Origin: Corallococcus silvisoli
Lineage (GTDB): Bacteria; Myxococcota; Myxococcia; Myxococcales; Myxococcaceae
Length of the DNA: 64,000 nt
NCBI RefSeq assembly: GCF_009909145.1
Contig: NZ_JAAAPJ010000005.1
Location: forward strand, 528,470 to 592,469
Reading direction: 5' to 3'
Numbering within the stretch: the stretch's first letter is position 1; each line of letters opens with the position of its first letter. The position numbers were made by a program, and so were the translations under genes. This document shows positions 34,824 to 43,896 of this stretch, piece by piece. The notes under the pieces are model-generated. The model was not told where the DNA came from. It was given only the letters and a program-made list of their open reading frames with translations, and did no database searches.

Positions 34824-36347
34824 ATGACACTCCCCAGCACGCGACATACGGTGGCCGCCGCCATGCGCCGCGCTCTCCTGTCCGCCAGCGTCTCCGTGCT
34901 GTTGACCGCCTGTGCCCACGCGCCCGCCGCGCCGGAAGGCGCCCGGGGCGACACCCTGCCCGGCGTGGCGAAGGCGCTGCTGGAGACCCTGGAGGCGGAC
35001 GGCGCGCTCGCGGGCGTGGCCGTGGTGGACGCGAGGACCGGCGAGCCGCTCTTCACCCACCGGCAGAACGTGCGGCTGTTGCCCGCGTCCACGATGAAGG
35101 TGGTGTCCACGTCCGCCGCGCTGTCCGCGCTGGGGGCGGACTTCCGCTTCGTGACGCCCGTGTTCCTGGAGGGCTCGCAGACCGGGGGCCTGTTCCTGGG
35201 CGACGTGGTGGCGCAGGCCTCCGGCGACCCGTCCCTGGGCTCGTGGCGCTTCCCGGAGACGGCGCTGGCCTGCGACCGCATCGCGGAGGCGTTCCAGGCG
35301 CGAGGCATCCACCAGTGGCGAGGCAGCGTGCGCATCGCCGGCACCGACGGGGTGGAGGGCGGGATGGGCCCCGGCTGGGCCTGGGACGACGCGGCGTATG
35401 CCTACAGCGCGGCGCCCACGCCCTTCGTCTTCCGCGAGAACGTGGTGGACCTGGCGCTGAGGCGCGCCCCCGGCGCCACGTGCGACGCCGCGCCCTCCCT
35501 CGAGTGGACCCCCACCTTCGCCCCCCTGGCCGCCGTGGTGCGCGTGGACGTCAACGCGGAGCGCGCGAACCTGGCCTGCGTGCGCGGCGGCGGCGGGGTG
35601 CGCTGCACGTGGCGCTCGCCCACGGGAGGCCCCTGCCCCCAGGCCGCCGCCGTGAAGCTGTCCGTGGACGCGCCCCAGGAGCTCTTCGCGGCGTGCGTGG
35701 ATGACGCGCTGGCCCGGCGCGGGGTGACGCGGCTGCCCCTCTCGCTGGAGGCCCCCACCGCGCCCATGCCCCCCATCCCCATGCCGCTGGTGGAGCTGAC
35801 CAGCCCGCCCCTGTCGGAGCTGGTGCGCGTGACGAACAAGGAGAGCCTCAACCTGTACGCGGAGCGGCTGGGCATGCGCTTCGCGCGCGAGCGCACGGGA
35901 CAGGAAGGCTACGCCGCGCTCCGCACCGCCCTGGGCGCGGAGCTACTGCGCCGGGGCGTGCCGGCCAAGGACCTGCGCCCGGTGGATGGCAGCGGCCTGT
36001 CCCGCTACAACCTGGCCACGCCCCAGGGCATGGCGCGGGTCATCTTCACGAGCCTCCAGGAGCCCTACGGCGCGGCGCTGGTGGACAGCCTGCCGCTGCT
36101 GGGCGTGGACGGGACCCTGGCGGGCCGGCCCACCACGCGGTCCACCGCGGGCCGCATCCGCGCGAAGACGGGGACGCTCACCGGCCAGAAGTGCTTCGTG
36201 GGCGTGGCCGAGCGGCCCCAGGACCCGGAGCACCCGCGCGTCGTCTTCGCCCTGATGCTGGGCAACATGGACGAGGGCACGAAGCCCTCCGCCAACGAGA
36301 CCTTCGACACCTTCTCCACCGCCCTGGTGGAGCTGCCCCTGCGCTGA
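34824..36347 (+). CDS. dacB: D-alanyl-D-alanine carboxypeptidase/endopeptidase (PBP4, peptidase S13)
   Basis: 'LLPASTMKVVSTSAAL' is the S*xK active site; 'SGDPSLG' and 'KTGTLTG' are the KTG box. Lipoprotein-like signal 'LLTACAHA'. Confidence 0.85.
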   Translation: MTLPSTRHTVAAAMRRALLSASVSVLLTACAHAPAAPEGARGDTLPGVAKALLETLEADGALAGVAVVDARTGEPLFTHRQNVRLLPASTMKVVSTSAALSALGADFRFVTPVFLEGSQTGGLFLGDVVAQASGDPSLGSWRFPETALACDRIAEAFQARGIHQWRGSVRIAGTDGVEGGMGPGWAWDDAAYAYSAAPTPFVFRENVVDLALRRAPGATCDAAPSLEWTPTFAPLAAVVRVDVNAERANLACVRGGGGVRCTWRSPTGGPCPQAAAVKLSVDAPQELFAACVDDALARRGVTRLPLSLEAPTAPMPPIPMPLVELTSPPLSELVRVTNKESLNLYAERLGMRFARERTGQEGYAALRTALGAELLRRGVPAKDLRPVDGSGLSRYNLATPQGMARVIFTSLQEPYGAALVDSLPLLGVDGTLAGRPTTRSTAGRIRAKTGTLTGQKCFVGVAERPQDPEHPRVVFALMLGNMDEGTKPSANETFDTFSTALVELPLR

Positions 36348-36383
36348 CCGTCAGCCAGGGCCCACCCGCATGCGAGGTGAACC

Positions 36384-38564
36384 ATGAAGCTCAGAACCGC
36401 CGTCACCACCGCCGTGCTGCTGTTGCCCCTGGTGTCCACGGCCGCGGGCAAGGCGCCCGCGAAGCCCGCCGCCGCGGAGAAGCAGCCCGTGGAGAACACC
36501 TACCACGGCACCGCCGTGACGGACCCCTACCAGTGGATGGAGTCCGCCACCGACCCCAAGGTGCGGCAGTGGACCGACACGCAGAACGCCTACACCCGCG
36601 CGACGCTGGACAAGCTCCCCGGCCGCGAGCCGCTGCGCCAGCGCATCACCGAGCTGCTGTCGTGGAAGTCCGCCGCGTACGGCGGCCTGGATGAGCAGGG
36701 CGGCACGCTGCTGGCGCTGAAGTTCCAGCCGCCCAAGCAGCAGCCGACGCTGGTCGCCGTGGGCCAGGTGGACGACCTGTCGAAGGAGCGCGTGCTGGTG
36801 GACCCCACGCAGGTGGATGCGTCCGGCAAGACGACCATCGACTGGTTCCAGCTGTCGCACGACGGCAAGAAGGTCGCGGTGTCGATGTCGAAGGGCGGCA
36901 CGGAGAGCGGCGACGTGTCCGTGTATGACGTGGCCACGGCGAAGGCGCTGCCCAACGAGCTGGTGCCGCGCGTCAACGGCGGCACGGCGGGCGGCAGCCT
37001 CGCGTGGAACGCGCAGGGCACGGGCTTCTTCTACACGCGCTATCCGCGCGGCGAGGAGCGCCCCCCCGTCGACCGCGAGGTGTACCAGCAGGTGTACTTC
37101 CACGCGCTGGGCACGCCCACGGAGAAGGACACGTACGAGCTGGGCAAGGACTTCCCGCGCATCGCGATGACCAACCTGGAGTCGAGCGACGACGGCCAGT
37201 ACACCTTCGCGCGCGTCGCCAACGGGGACGGCGGCGAGTTCGAGCTCTACCTGCACGGCCCCACGGGCACGTGGGCGCAGGTGGCGAAGTTCACCGACAA
37301 GGTGGTGTCGGCGCGCTTCGGCGGTGACGGCGCGGCGTACCTGCTCAGCCGCAAGGACGCGCCGCGCGGCAAGGTGCTGCGCCTGCCCCTGGCCACGCCG
37401 ACGCTGGACAAGGCGACGGTGCTGGTGCCGGAGAGCGAGGCGACGGTGCAGTCCATCCTGCCCACGCAGAGCCGCGTCTACCTGGTGGAGCAGCTGGGCG
37501 GTCCTTCCCAGCTGCGCATCGTGGACCTGACGGGCAAGGCGCAGGGGCTGGTGCCGACGCTGCCGGTGTCCTCGGTGGGCGGCGCGGTGCGACAGGGCGC
37601 GGACGACCTGCTGTTCGTCAATGGCAGCTTCACCCAGCCGACCGCGTGGTTCCGCTACACGGCGAAGGACGGCAAGGTGGCGAAGACGGCGCTGGCGCGC
37701 ACGTCGCCCATCGACATGAGCGACGTGGAGGTGGTGCGCACGGAGGCCACGTCGAAGGACGGCACGAAGGTGCCGCTCTCCATCCTGAAGAAGAAGGGCA
37801 CGAAGCTGAACGGCAACAACCCGGCGTGGCTGACGGGCTACGGCGGCTTCAACCTCGCCGTCACGCCGGGCTACAACGCGCTCGCGGGCATGTGGCTGGA
37901 GCAGGGCGGCGTGTTCGCGGTGGCGAACCTGCGCGGCGGCTCGGAGTTCGGTGAGGCCTGGCACCAGGGAGGTTCGCTGACGAACAAGCAGAACGTGTTC
38001 GACGACTTCTACGCGTGCGCGAAGCTGCTGACGGACCAGAAGTACACGCAGCCGAAGAAGCTGGTCATCCAGGGCGGCAGCAACGGCGGCCTGCTGATGG
38101 GCGCGGCCGTGACGCAGCACCCGGAGCAGTACGGCGCCGTGGTGGCGCGCGTGGGCATCTACGACATGCTGCGCACGGAGCTGACGCCCAACGGCCAGTT
38201 CAACGTCACCGAGTACGGCTCGGTGAAGGACCCGGCGCAGTTCAAGGCGCTGTATGGCTATTCGCCGGTGCACCACGTGAAGGACGGGACGAAGTACCCG
38301 TCGGTGCTCTTCACGTCCGGGGCGAACGACCCGCGCGTGGATCCCTTCCACTCGCGCAAGATGGTGGCCCGGATGCAGGCGGCGACGGCGTCCCCGAAGC
38401 CCATCCTGCTGCGCGCCAACGCGGAGACGGGGCACGGCATGGGCACGCCGCTGTCCGCGCGCATCGAGGAGGAGGTGGACGTCTACTCCTTCGTCTTCAA
38501 CGAGCTGGGCATGACGTACAAGCCCAACGCGACGAAGAAGGTCGCCGCCCCCGCGCCGCAGTAG
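36384..38564 (+). CDS. Secreted prolyl oligopeptidase (S9A) family serine peptidase
   Basis: N-terminal beta-propeller. Catalytic 'IQGGSNGGLLMG' (GGSxGG nucleophile elbow). 'GANDPRVDP' and 'ETGHGMG' carry the Asp/His. Signal peptide present. Confidence 0.88.
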   Translation: MKLRTAVTTAVLLLPLVSTAAGKAPAKPAAAEKQPVENTYHGTAVTDPYQWMESATDPKVRQWTDTQNAYTRATLDKLPGREPLRQRITELLSWKSAAYGGLDEQGGTLLALKFQPPKQQPTLVAVGQVDDLSKERVLVDPTQVDASGKTTIDWFQLSHDGKKVAVSMSKGGTESGDVSVYDVATAKALPNELVPRVNGGTAGGSLAWNAQGTGFFYTRYPRGEERPPVDREVYQQVYFHALGTPTEKDTYELGKDFPRIAMTNLESSDDGQYTFARVANGDGGEFELYLHGPTGTWAQVAKFTDKVVSARFGGDGAAYLLSRKDAPRGKVLRLPLATPTLDKATVLVPESEATVQSILPTQSRVYLVEQLGGPSQLRIVDLTGKAQGLVPTLPVSSVGGAVRQGADDLLFVNGSFTQPTAWFRYTAKDGKVAKTALARTSPIDMSDVEVVRTEATSKDGTKVPLSILKKKGTKLNGNNPAWLTGYGGFNLAVTPGYNALAGMWLEQGGVFAVANLRGGSEFGEAWHQGGSLTNKQNVFDDFYACAKLLTDQKYTQPKKLVIQGGSNGGLLMGAAVTQHPEQYGAVVARVGIYDMLRTELTPNGQFNVTEYGSVKDPAQFKALYGYSPVHHVKDGTKYPSVLFTSGANDPRVDPFHSRKMVARMQAATASPKPILLRANAETGHGMGTPLSARIEEEVDVYSFVFNELGMTYKPNATKKVAAPAPQ

Positions 38565-38648
38565 CCCGCCTCCCCCCGCCCGTCTCCGGCCCCTGGGCGC
38601 TGGAGACGGGCGTTTCTTCTCCCGCGTTTCGTGGCACCCTGGCGCCCC

Positions 38649-39083
38649 ATGAGCCCCCTCATCCCCTACTTCATCCTCTCGCCCGTGGTCGCCGGAGGCC
38701 TGGCCTGGTGGACGCTCACCCGCCTGGGCCGCAAGCGCAACGAGCGCGCGAAGGGCTCGCTGGACGCGGTGGTGACGCGGCTGCGCGGACAGAAGGCGGC
38801 CGGCACGGTGGACCTGTTCGTCCAGGACGTGTCGTGGTCCGGGGAGACGGAGCTGTCGCCGCAGAACTGCCGCGTCCGCGTCGTGATGGGCGGCCGGGAC
38901 GCGGCGGGCATCCCGGCGCGCTTCGAGGTGGAGAGCGCCCCGGGAGCCCCCCGCCCGCCCACGGACGTGCTCGCGGCGCTGCGCGTGCTGGATGCTCAGG
39001 CGATGGAGGCCCTGAAGTCCGGCGGCTGGAAGTGGCAGCGGCCCACGATTGGCTTCGAGCCAGCGGCGTCGCAAGTCCAGTGA
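38649..39083 (+). CDS. Hypothetical small membrane-anchored protein
   Basis: N-terminal TM 'LIPYFILSPVVAGGLAWWTL'. No recognised domain. Start at GTG 38631 or ATG 38649. Confidence 0.4.
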   Translation: MSPLIPYFILSPVVAGGLAWWTLTRLGRKRNERAKGSLDAVVTRLRGQKAAGTVDLFVQDVSWSGETELSPQNCRVRVVMGGRDAAGIPARFEVESAPGAPRPPTDVLAALRVLDAQAMEALKSGGWKWQRPTIGFEPAASQVQ

Positions 39084-39213
39084 CCGGGAAGCGGTCTCGG
39101 CGCACGGAGGGTCCGCGACGGGCTTGAGCCCCCGACGGTCACGGAGGCTGACCGGCGTCGTTCGCCACACTGGCGGGGGATTCCTGTGACGGGGTGACGC
39201 AACGGGTGCCAGC

Positions 39214-40308
39214 ATGCGCCGCATGTCCGTCCCCGCCCTGGATGCCCTCGATACGCCCGCCGCCCTCGTGGACCTGGACCGCGTGGAGCGGAACCTCCAG
39301 CGCGTCGCGGACTACTCCCGCGAGCATGGCCTGCGCTGGCGGCCCCACACCAAGACCCACAAGACGGCGGAGCTCTGCGCGCTCCAGGTCGCGGCGGGGG
39401 CCTCGGGCGTCACGGTGGCCACCGTGCTGGAGGCGGAGGTGATGGCCTCCGTCTGTGATGACGTGCTGCTCGCGTATCCGCCGGTGGGCGCGCGCCGCCT
39501 CGCACGGCTCCTGGCCCTGCCCGCGCGCGTGCGGCTCACCGTGGCGCTCGACTCGCGCGAGGCGCTGGAGGGGCTGGCGCGCGCGGCCACGGACGCGGGG
39601 CGCACCGTGGGCGTCCTCGTGGAGCTGGACCTGGGCATGCGCCGGGTCGGCCTGCGGACCCCCGACGAGGCCGTGGCCCTGGCGCGCATGGCGGCCTCCA
39701 TGTCCGGCGTGACGTTTCGTGGCGTGACGTTCTACGCGGGCCACATCCGCGTCCCCCAGGCGGAGCTGGACGCCGCGATGCACGCCCAGTCCGAAGCGCT
39801 GACAGCGTTCGTGGAAGCCCTGCGCGGCGCGGGCCTCCCGCCCGAGGTGGTGAGCGGCGGCTCCACCCCCACCCTCTGGCAATCCCATACCGTGCGGGGG
39901 CTGACGGAGATCCGCCCCGGCCTCAACGTCTTCAACGACCGCAACAGCGCCGTCATTGGCGCTTGTGATGGGACGGAGTGGGCATACTCGGTCCTGGCCA
40001 CCGTGGTGAGCACCGCCGTGCCCGGGCAGGTGGTCATCGACGCGGGGGCCAAGGCGCTCGCGAAGGAGGAAGGCCTGGCGCCGGGCTATGGCGTCCTGCT
40101 CGACCGGCCGGAGGTCGTGGTGAAGAGCCTGTCGGAGGAGCACGGGCTGCTGGACGTGTCCGCCACGACATGGCGCCCCCGCATCGGCGAGCGCGTGCGC
40201 GTGGTGCCCAACCATGTCTGTGTTTCGGTCCCCCTGCACTCGCGGCTGCATGTCATTCGCGGCGATGCGAGCCTGGCGACGTGGGAGGTCGCCGCGCGAG
40301 GTTGGTGA
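39214..40308 (+). CDS. PLP-dependent alanine-racemase-domain protein (D-serine deaminase / D-threonine aldolase-like, DSD1 family)
   Basis: 'PALVDLDRVERNLQRVADYSREHGLRWRPHTKTHK' carries the PLP-binding Lys of the Ala_racemase_N fold. Length ~364 aa. Confidence 0.75.
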   Translation: MRRMSVPALDALDTPAALVDLDRVERNLQRVADYSREHGLRWRPHTKTHKTAELCALQVAAGASGVTVATVLEAEVMASVCDDVLLAYPPVGARRLARLLALPARVRLTVALDSREALEGLARAATDAGRTVGVLVELDLGMRRVGLRTPDEAVALARMAASMSGVTFRGVTFYAGHIRVPQAELDAAMHAQSEALTAFVEALRGAGLPPEVVSGGSTPTLWQSHTVRGLTEIRPGLNVFNDRNSAVIGACDGTEWAYSVLATVVSTAVPGQVVIDAGAKALAKEEGLAPGYGVLLDRPEVVVKSLSEEHGLLDVSATTWRPRIGERVRVVPNHVCVSVPLHSRLHVIRGDASLATWEVAARGW

Positions 40309-40316
40309 GACACGGC

Positions 40317-41312
40317 TCAGAGGATGCGCTTCAGCTCCTCGGACAGCACCTCCTCCAGGTGCCGGATGCTGCGGTAGACCAGACACCGGTAGCTGGAAAC
40401 ATCGAAGCGCAGCTCGCGCACGTCTCGCACGAGCATCAGGGTGGGCTTCCCGCGTCCCCAGGCATAGCCCACCTCCAGGTACACATTGGGGTTCGCCAGC
40501 GACAGGTCCGCGATGACGACCTTCGCGGTGTCGATGCGGTCGCGGATGCGCTGGATGATGGGGCCGTCGAAGGTGGCCTGATCCACGCGCTCGCACAGCA
40601 GGCCCGCGGCCTTCACGGGGCCCAGGATGCCGTAGTGGTACGTGTCCTCCAGCTCCGGCGCGAAAGGCATGGCCACGAAGGCATGCGGCTTCTCATTCGA
40701 GTTCGCGCCGGCGCTGGCCATCGGCGGCGCCTGGACGAAGCGGGACGTCCGCCGGACGCGGAAGCCCGTGATGCCCGGGAGCGGCTCCACGCCCGCGGTG
40801 GCCCCCAGGCCCAGCGCGATGGCGTGGCGCAGGCGCTCCATCCGCTTGGGGTTCAACTCCACGACCGTGATGCGCTCCAGGTCGCGAGGACCGCTGCCGC
40901 GCTGGAACGCGTCCACGAAGCCGCCCACCAGGGCCAGCACGGCCTCGTCCTCGTCGAGCCCGTAGTTGGGGCCGTGCACGGTGCACGCGAGGTGCCGCAC
41001 GGAGTGCCGGGGCTCCAGCAGCTGGAGCGCGCGGACCGCGAACTGGCGGATCTCATGGTAGCCGAACTGCCGCAGGCGCACCGTGCCCAGGAAGAGCACC
41101 ACCGGAGCCCCCAGGCCGCCGCGCGTCTCGACGAAGCGGTGGTCCCCGGGAAGGAGGGAGAGGGACTCCGCGGCGATGCCCGCCGACTCCAGCCGGCGCG
41201 CCACCGCCCCGTCCGCCCCATGGAAGCCCTGCGCGTACTTCAGCAGCACGGCGTCCGCGGCGGTCTCCGCCACGTCTCCCAGGTCCACGACGACGTCCAG
41301 CGTGTCTCCCAT
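40317..41312 (-). CDS. Two-domain protein: N-terminal Macro-like domain + C-terminal TIR-like / nucleoside 2-deoxyribosyltransferase-like (SLOG-type) domain
   Basis: N-terminal 'VVVDLGDVAETAADAVLLKYAQGFHGADGAVARRL...TRGGLGAPVVLFLGTV...' follows the Macro pattern (GDIT..ADAIVNAAN..GGGV..AI..). C-terminal 'HAFVAMPF...VVIADLSLANPNVYLEVGYAWGRGKP' matches the ExGYA signature of NDT/TIR-like nucleotide-binding folds. Confidence 0.55.
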   Translation of the reverse strand: MGDTLDVVVDLGDVAETAADAVLLKYAQGFHGADGAVARRLESAGIAAESLSLLPGDHRFVETRGGLGAPVVLFLGTVRLRQFGYHEIRQFAVRALQLLEPRHSVRHLACTVHGPNYGLDEDEAVLALVGGFVDAFQRGSGPRDLERITVVELNPKRMERLRHAIALGLGATAGVEPLPGITGFRVRRTSRFVQAPPMASAGANSNEKPHAFVAMPFAPELEDTYHYGILGPVKAAGLLCERVDQATFDGPIIQRIRDRIDTAKVVIADLSLANPNVYLEVGYAWGRGKPTLMLVRDVRELRFDVSSYRCLVYRSIRHLEEVLSEELKRIL

Positions 41313-41409
41313 GAATCCGGGACTGTAGAGCGCCCCGAAGCGCCCGCGCCATCCCCGTGGTCCCGAAGGACCTCCCGGGGGTGCGGCCCCCCCTGAAACA
41401 CAAACACCC

Positions 41410-41444
41410 GCAATCCCTGCTCAGCCGGCCTTGACAGGGATTGC
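41410..41444. promoter_or_regulatory. 10-bp perfect inverted repeat GCAATCCCTG-N15-CAGGGATTGC containing a TTGACA hexamer in the loop
   Basis: Read directly in the divergent intergenic region between the Macro/TIR-like gene (-) and the cNMP gene (+). Confidence 0.4.
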
Positions 41445-41480
41445 GCGCACCCGGCTGTCTTTCAACCCGGCCCCCTGCCC

Positions 41481-41500
41481 ACTGTGAAGCGCTTCACAGT
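41481..41500. promoter_or_regulatory. Perfect 20-bp palindrome ACTGTGAAGCGCTTCACAGT (CRP/FNR-type TGTGA-N6-TCACA site)
   Basis: Read directly. Exact inverted repeat centred ~45 bp upstream of the ATG of the tandem cNMP-binding protein gene (41535). Confidence 0.6.
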
Positions 41501-41534
41501 TTCCACCCCGGCGCCCCGCTAGCATTCGGGCACC

Positions 41535-42425
41535 ATGTCCCTGTTCGCGCGCCTGCAGGCCCTGCTGTCCGCACACCCGTCCGCCCCGGCCACCGGCGCC
41601 GGGCAGGCGTCCGCGGCACCGTCCACGGCGGCGGAGGCATCCCAGGTGGACGCGGAGACGCCCCCGGCACCGCCTCCGGTCTGCACCCGCTACTTGTCCG
41701 CGGGGCAGGTGGTGGTGCGGGAGGGCGACCCGGGCCACTCGATGTTCGTCGTGCTGGAGGGCCGCGTCGCGGTGCTCCACGGCGGCGCCCCTGGCGCGAA
41801 CACGGAGGTTGGCCGCCTGGGGGCCGGCGAGTTCTTCGGAGAGCTGGCGCTGCTCACCGGCACGAAGCGCACCGCCACCGTGGTGACGGTGGAGGACGTG
41901 GTGCTGCTGGAGCTGACCCTGGCGGGGGTCCGGGAGCTGGGCCGCGACTACGGCGTGAAGGGCGACCAGATGCAGGTCGCCGCCCGGGAGCGGCTGCTGG
42001 CGGACGCGCTGCGCAGCAACCCGCTCATCGCCGCGCTGCCTCCGGACGTGCAGCACGACCTGGGGGGCGCCTTCGTCCCCTGCACCGTCCCCGCGGGCGA
42101 GACGCTGCTCACCCGGGGCCAGCCGGGCGACGCGCTCTACGTCCTGCTCCGCGGCCAGTGCGAGGTGTTCCACACGCACGGCGATGGCCGCCAATCGCCC
42201 TACCCCCCGCTGGAGGAAGGCGCCCTGTTCGGGGAGATCTCCCTGCTTCGCAGCCGGCTGGCCACCGCCACCGTGCGCGCGGTGACCCCGTGCACGCTGC
42301 TCAAGCTGGAGCGCGACGTGTTCAAGAAGGTGTTCCTGGCCCAGCCCGACCTGCGCGGCGCCCTGGTGCGCCTGGGCCTGGAGCGGCTCAAGCACACGAT
42401 GGAGGTCATGGGCGAGCCGAAGTAG
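41535..42425 (+). CDS. Tandem cyclic-nucleotide-binding (cNMP/CAP-effector) domain protein
   Basis: Two CNB signatures: 'GEFFGELALLTGTKRTATV' and 'GALFGEISLLRSRLATATV'. No output domain. Confidence 0.8.
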   Translation: MSLFARLQALLSAHPSAPATGAGQASAAPSTAAEASQVDAETPPAPPPVCTRYLSAGQVVVREGDPGHSMFVVLEGRVAVLHGGAPGANTEVGRLGAGEFFGELALLTGTKRTATVVTVEDVVLLELTLAGVRELGRDYGVKGDQMQVAARERLLADALRSNPLIAALPPDVQHDLGGAFVPCTVPAGETLLTRGQPGDALYVLLRGQCEVFHTHGDGRQSPYPPLEEGALFGEISLLRSRLATATVRAVTPCTLLKLERDVFKKVFLAQPDLRGALVRLGLERLKHTMEVMGEPK

Positions 42426-42438
42426 CCCGCCGCCCGGC

Positions 42439-43020
42439 TCAGCCGTGGAGCGTCTCCCCGGCCTCCAGCATGGCGACGAACTTCTCCAGCCGGCGCGTGC
42501 GCGTCTCCGGCTTCTTCGCATCATGGAGCTGGTAGAGGATGGCGTAGCGGTTGGCGCTCTTGAGCGTCGCGAAGAACGCCTTCGCCTGCGGGTTCGCCTC
42601 CAGCGCGCGCAGCAGGTCCTCCGGAACCTGGATGGTCTTCGCCCCCGAGTAGGCCGCCTCCCAGCGACCATCCGCCCGGGCCGCCTCCACCTCGCGCAGG
42701 CCCGCGGCCTTCATCCGCCCCGCCGCCACCAGGGCCTCCACCTTGCCGACGTTGATCTTCGACCACTTGCTGCGGGGCCCCCGGGGCGTGAAGCGCTGCA
42801 GCCAGTACTCGGCGTCGAACGCGCCCTTCTGGCCGTCAATCCACCCGTAGCAGAGCGCCACGTCCAGCGCCTGGGGATAGGTCACGGACGCGATGCCGGA
42901 CTCCCCCTTCGCGAGCTTCATCCACACGCCCGGCGAGTCGGCGTGGTGCGCTGCCAGCCACTTCTCCCACGCCTTCTCCGACGCGAACGGCACGACGGGC
43001 AGTTCTTGCTTCACCTTCAT
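42439..43020 (-). CDS. YdeI/OmpD-associated family protein (DUF1801-like)
   Basis: 'FASEKAWEKWLAAHHADSPGVWMKLAKG...ALCYGWIDGQ...NRYAILYQLHDAKKPETRTRRLEKFVAML' matches the YdeI family pattern. Confidence 0.6.
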   Translation of the reverse strand: MKVKQELPVVPFASEKAWEKWLAAHHADSPGVWMKLAKGESGIASVTYPQALDVALCYGWIDGQKGAFDAEYWLQRFTPRGPRSKWSKINVGKVEALVAAGRMKAAGLREVEAARADGRWEAAYSGAKTIQVPEDLLRALEANPQAKAFFATLKSANRYAILYQLHDAKKPETRTRRLEKFVAMLEAGETLHG

Positions 43021-43131
43021 TCCCAGGCACCTCACCCATCCGCCGCGTGCTTCGGCGGAGTTCACGACACTCCCACGGCCAGAATCCGTCCATCAGTCTA
43101 CCTGCGGAAGGCGGCCGGCGCGGAAGCGGTT

Positions 43132-43887
43132 ATGAAACACGCCATGGCCGATTCCACCTCCCGCCCACCGAACGCCGTGCCGCCCTCGCTCGCCCGCGTG
43201 GCCTTCCACGCCGTGGCGGCCGGGCTCACCCCGCTCATCCCCGTGCCCTTCCTGGACGACTACGCCCTGCGCCAGGTGCGCGAGCAGTCCGTGCGCGACC
43301 AGCTGAAGGAGCGGGGCCTCAAGGCCCCCGACAAGGCCGTGCAGTTGCTGGCCGGCTCGTACGAGGCGCGCGACCTGGGGGGGCGACTCGTGTCCTACCT
43401 GAAGGCCGTGGCCCTCTTCCCGGTGCGCAAGGTGTTCCGCAAGGTCTTCATCGTGCTCTGGGTGAAGGACTGCGTGGACCTGACGTCCACGTGCCTGCAC
43501 CACGGCTACCTGCTGCACCACGCGCTGGAGCGCGGCGACCTGGACGCCGCGTCCCTCCAGGGGGACGGCCCCCGGACGGTGCAGGCCGCCATCGTCGCCG
43601 CCTGCGCGCGGATGGATGCGCGCCCCATCAACCAGGCCCTGCGCCGCCTCTTCCGGAGCAGCCGGCTGCTGATGGCGGAGGCCACCCGCGCCTTCATGCA
43701 GCCCGAACCCACCCCGCGCGTGCCCGACCGAGAGGACGAGAGCGCGGAGGTGCGGTCCCTCACCGACCGCCTCCTGGAGGAGCTGTGGGAGGAGCGCGGC
43801 TACTTCACCGCGCTCCAGGAGCACTACGTCCGCCACCTTCAGGTCGCCACGGCGCCGGCCACGCCCCAGGCCGCCACGGGGACTTGA
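43132..43887 (+). CDS. Hypothetical protein
   Basis: ORF with codon usage like neighbours. No recognised motifs. Confidence 0.45.
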   Translation: MKHAMADSTSRPPNAVPPSLARVAFHAVAAGLTPLIPVPFLDDYALRQVREQSVRDQLKERGLKAPDKAVQLLAGSYEARDLGGRLVSYLKAVALFPVRKVFRKVFIVLWVKDCVDLTSTCLHHGYLLHHALERGDLDAASLQGDGPRTVQAAIVAACARMDARPINQALRRLFRSSRLLMAEATRAFMQPEPTPRVPDREDESAEVRSLTDRLLEELWEERGYFTALQEHYVRHLQVATAPATPQAATGT

Positions 43888-43896
43888 AGCCAGACA

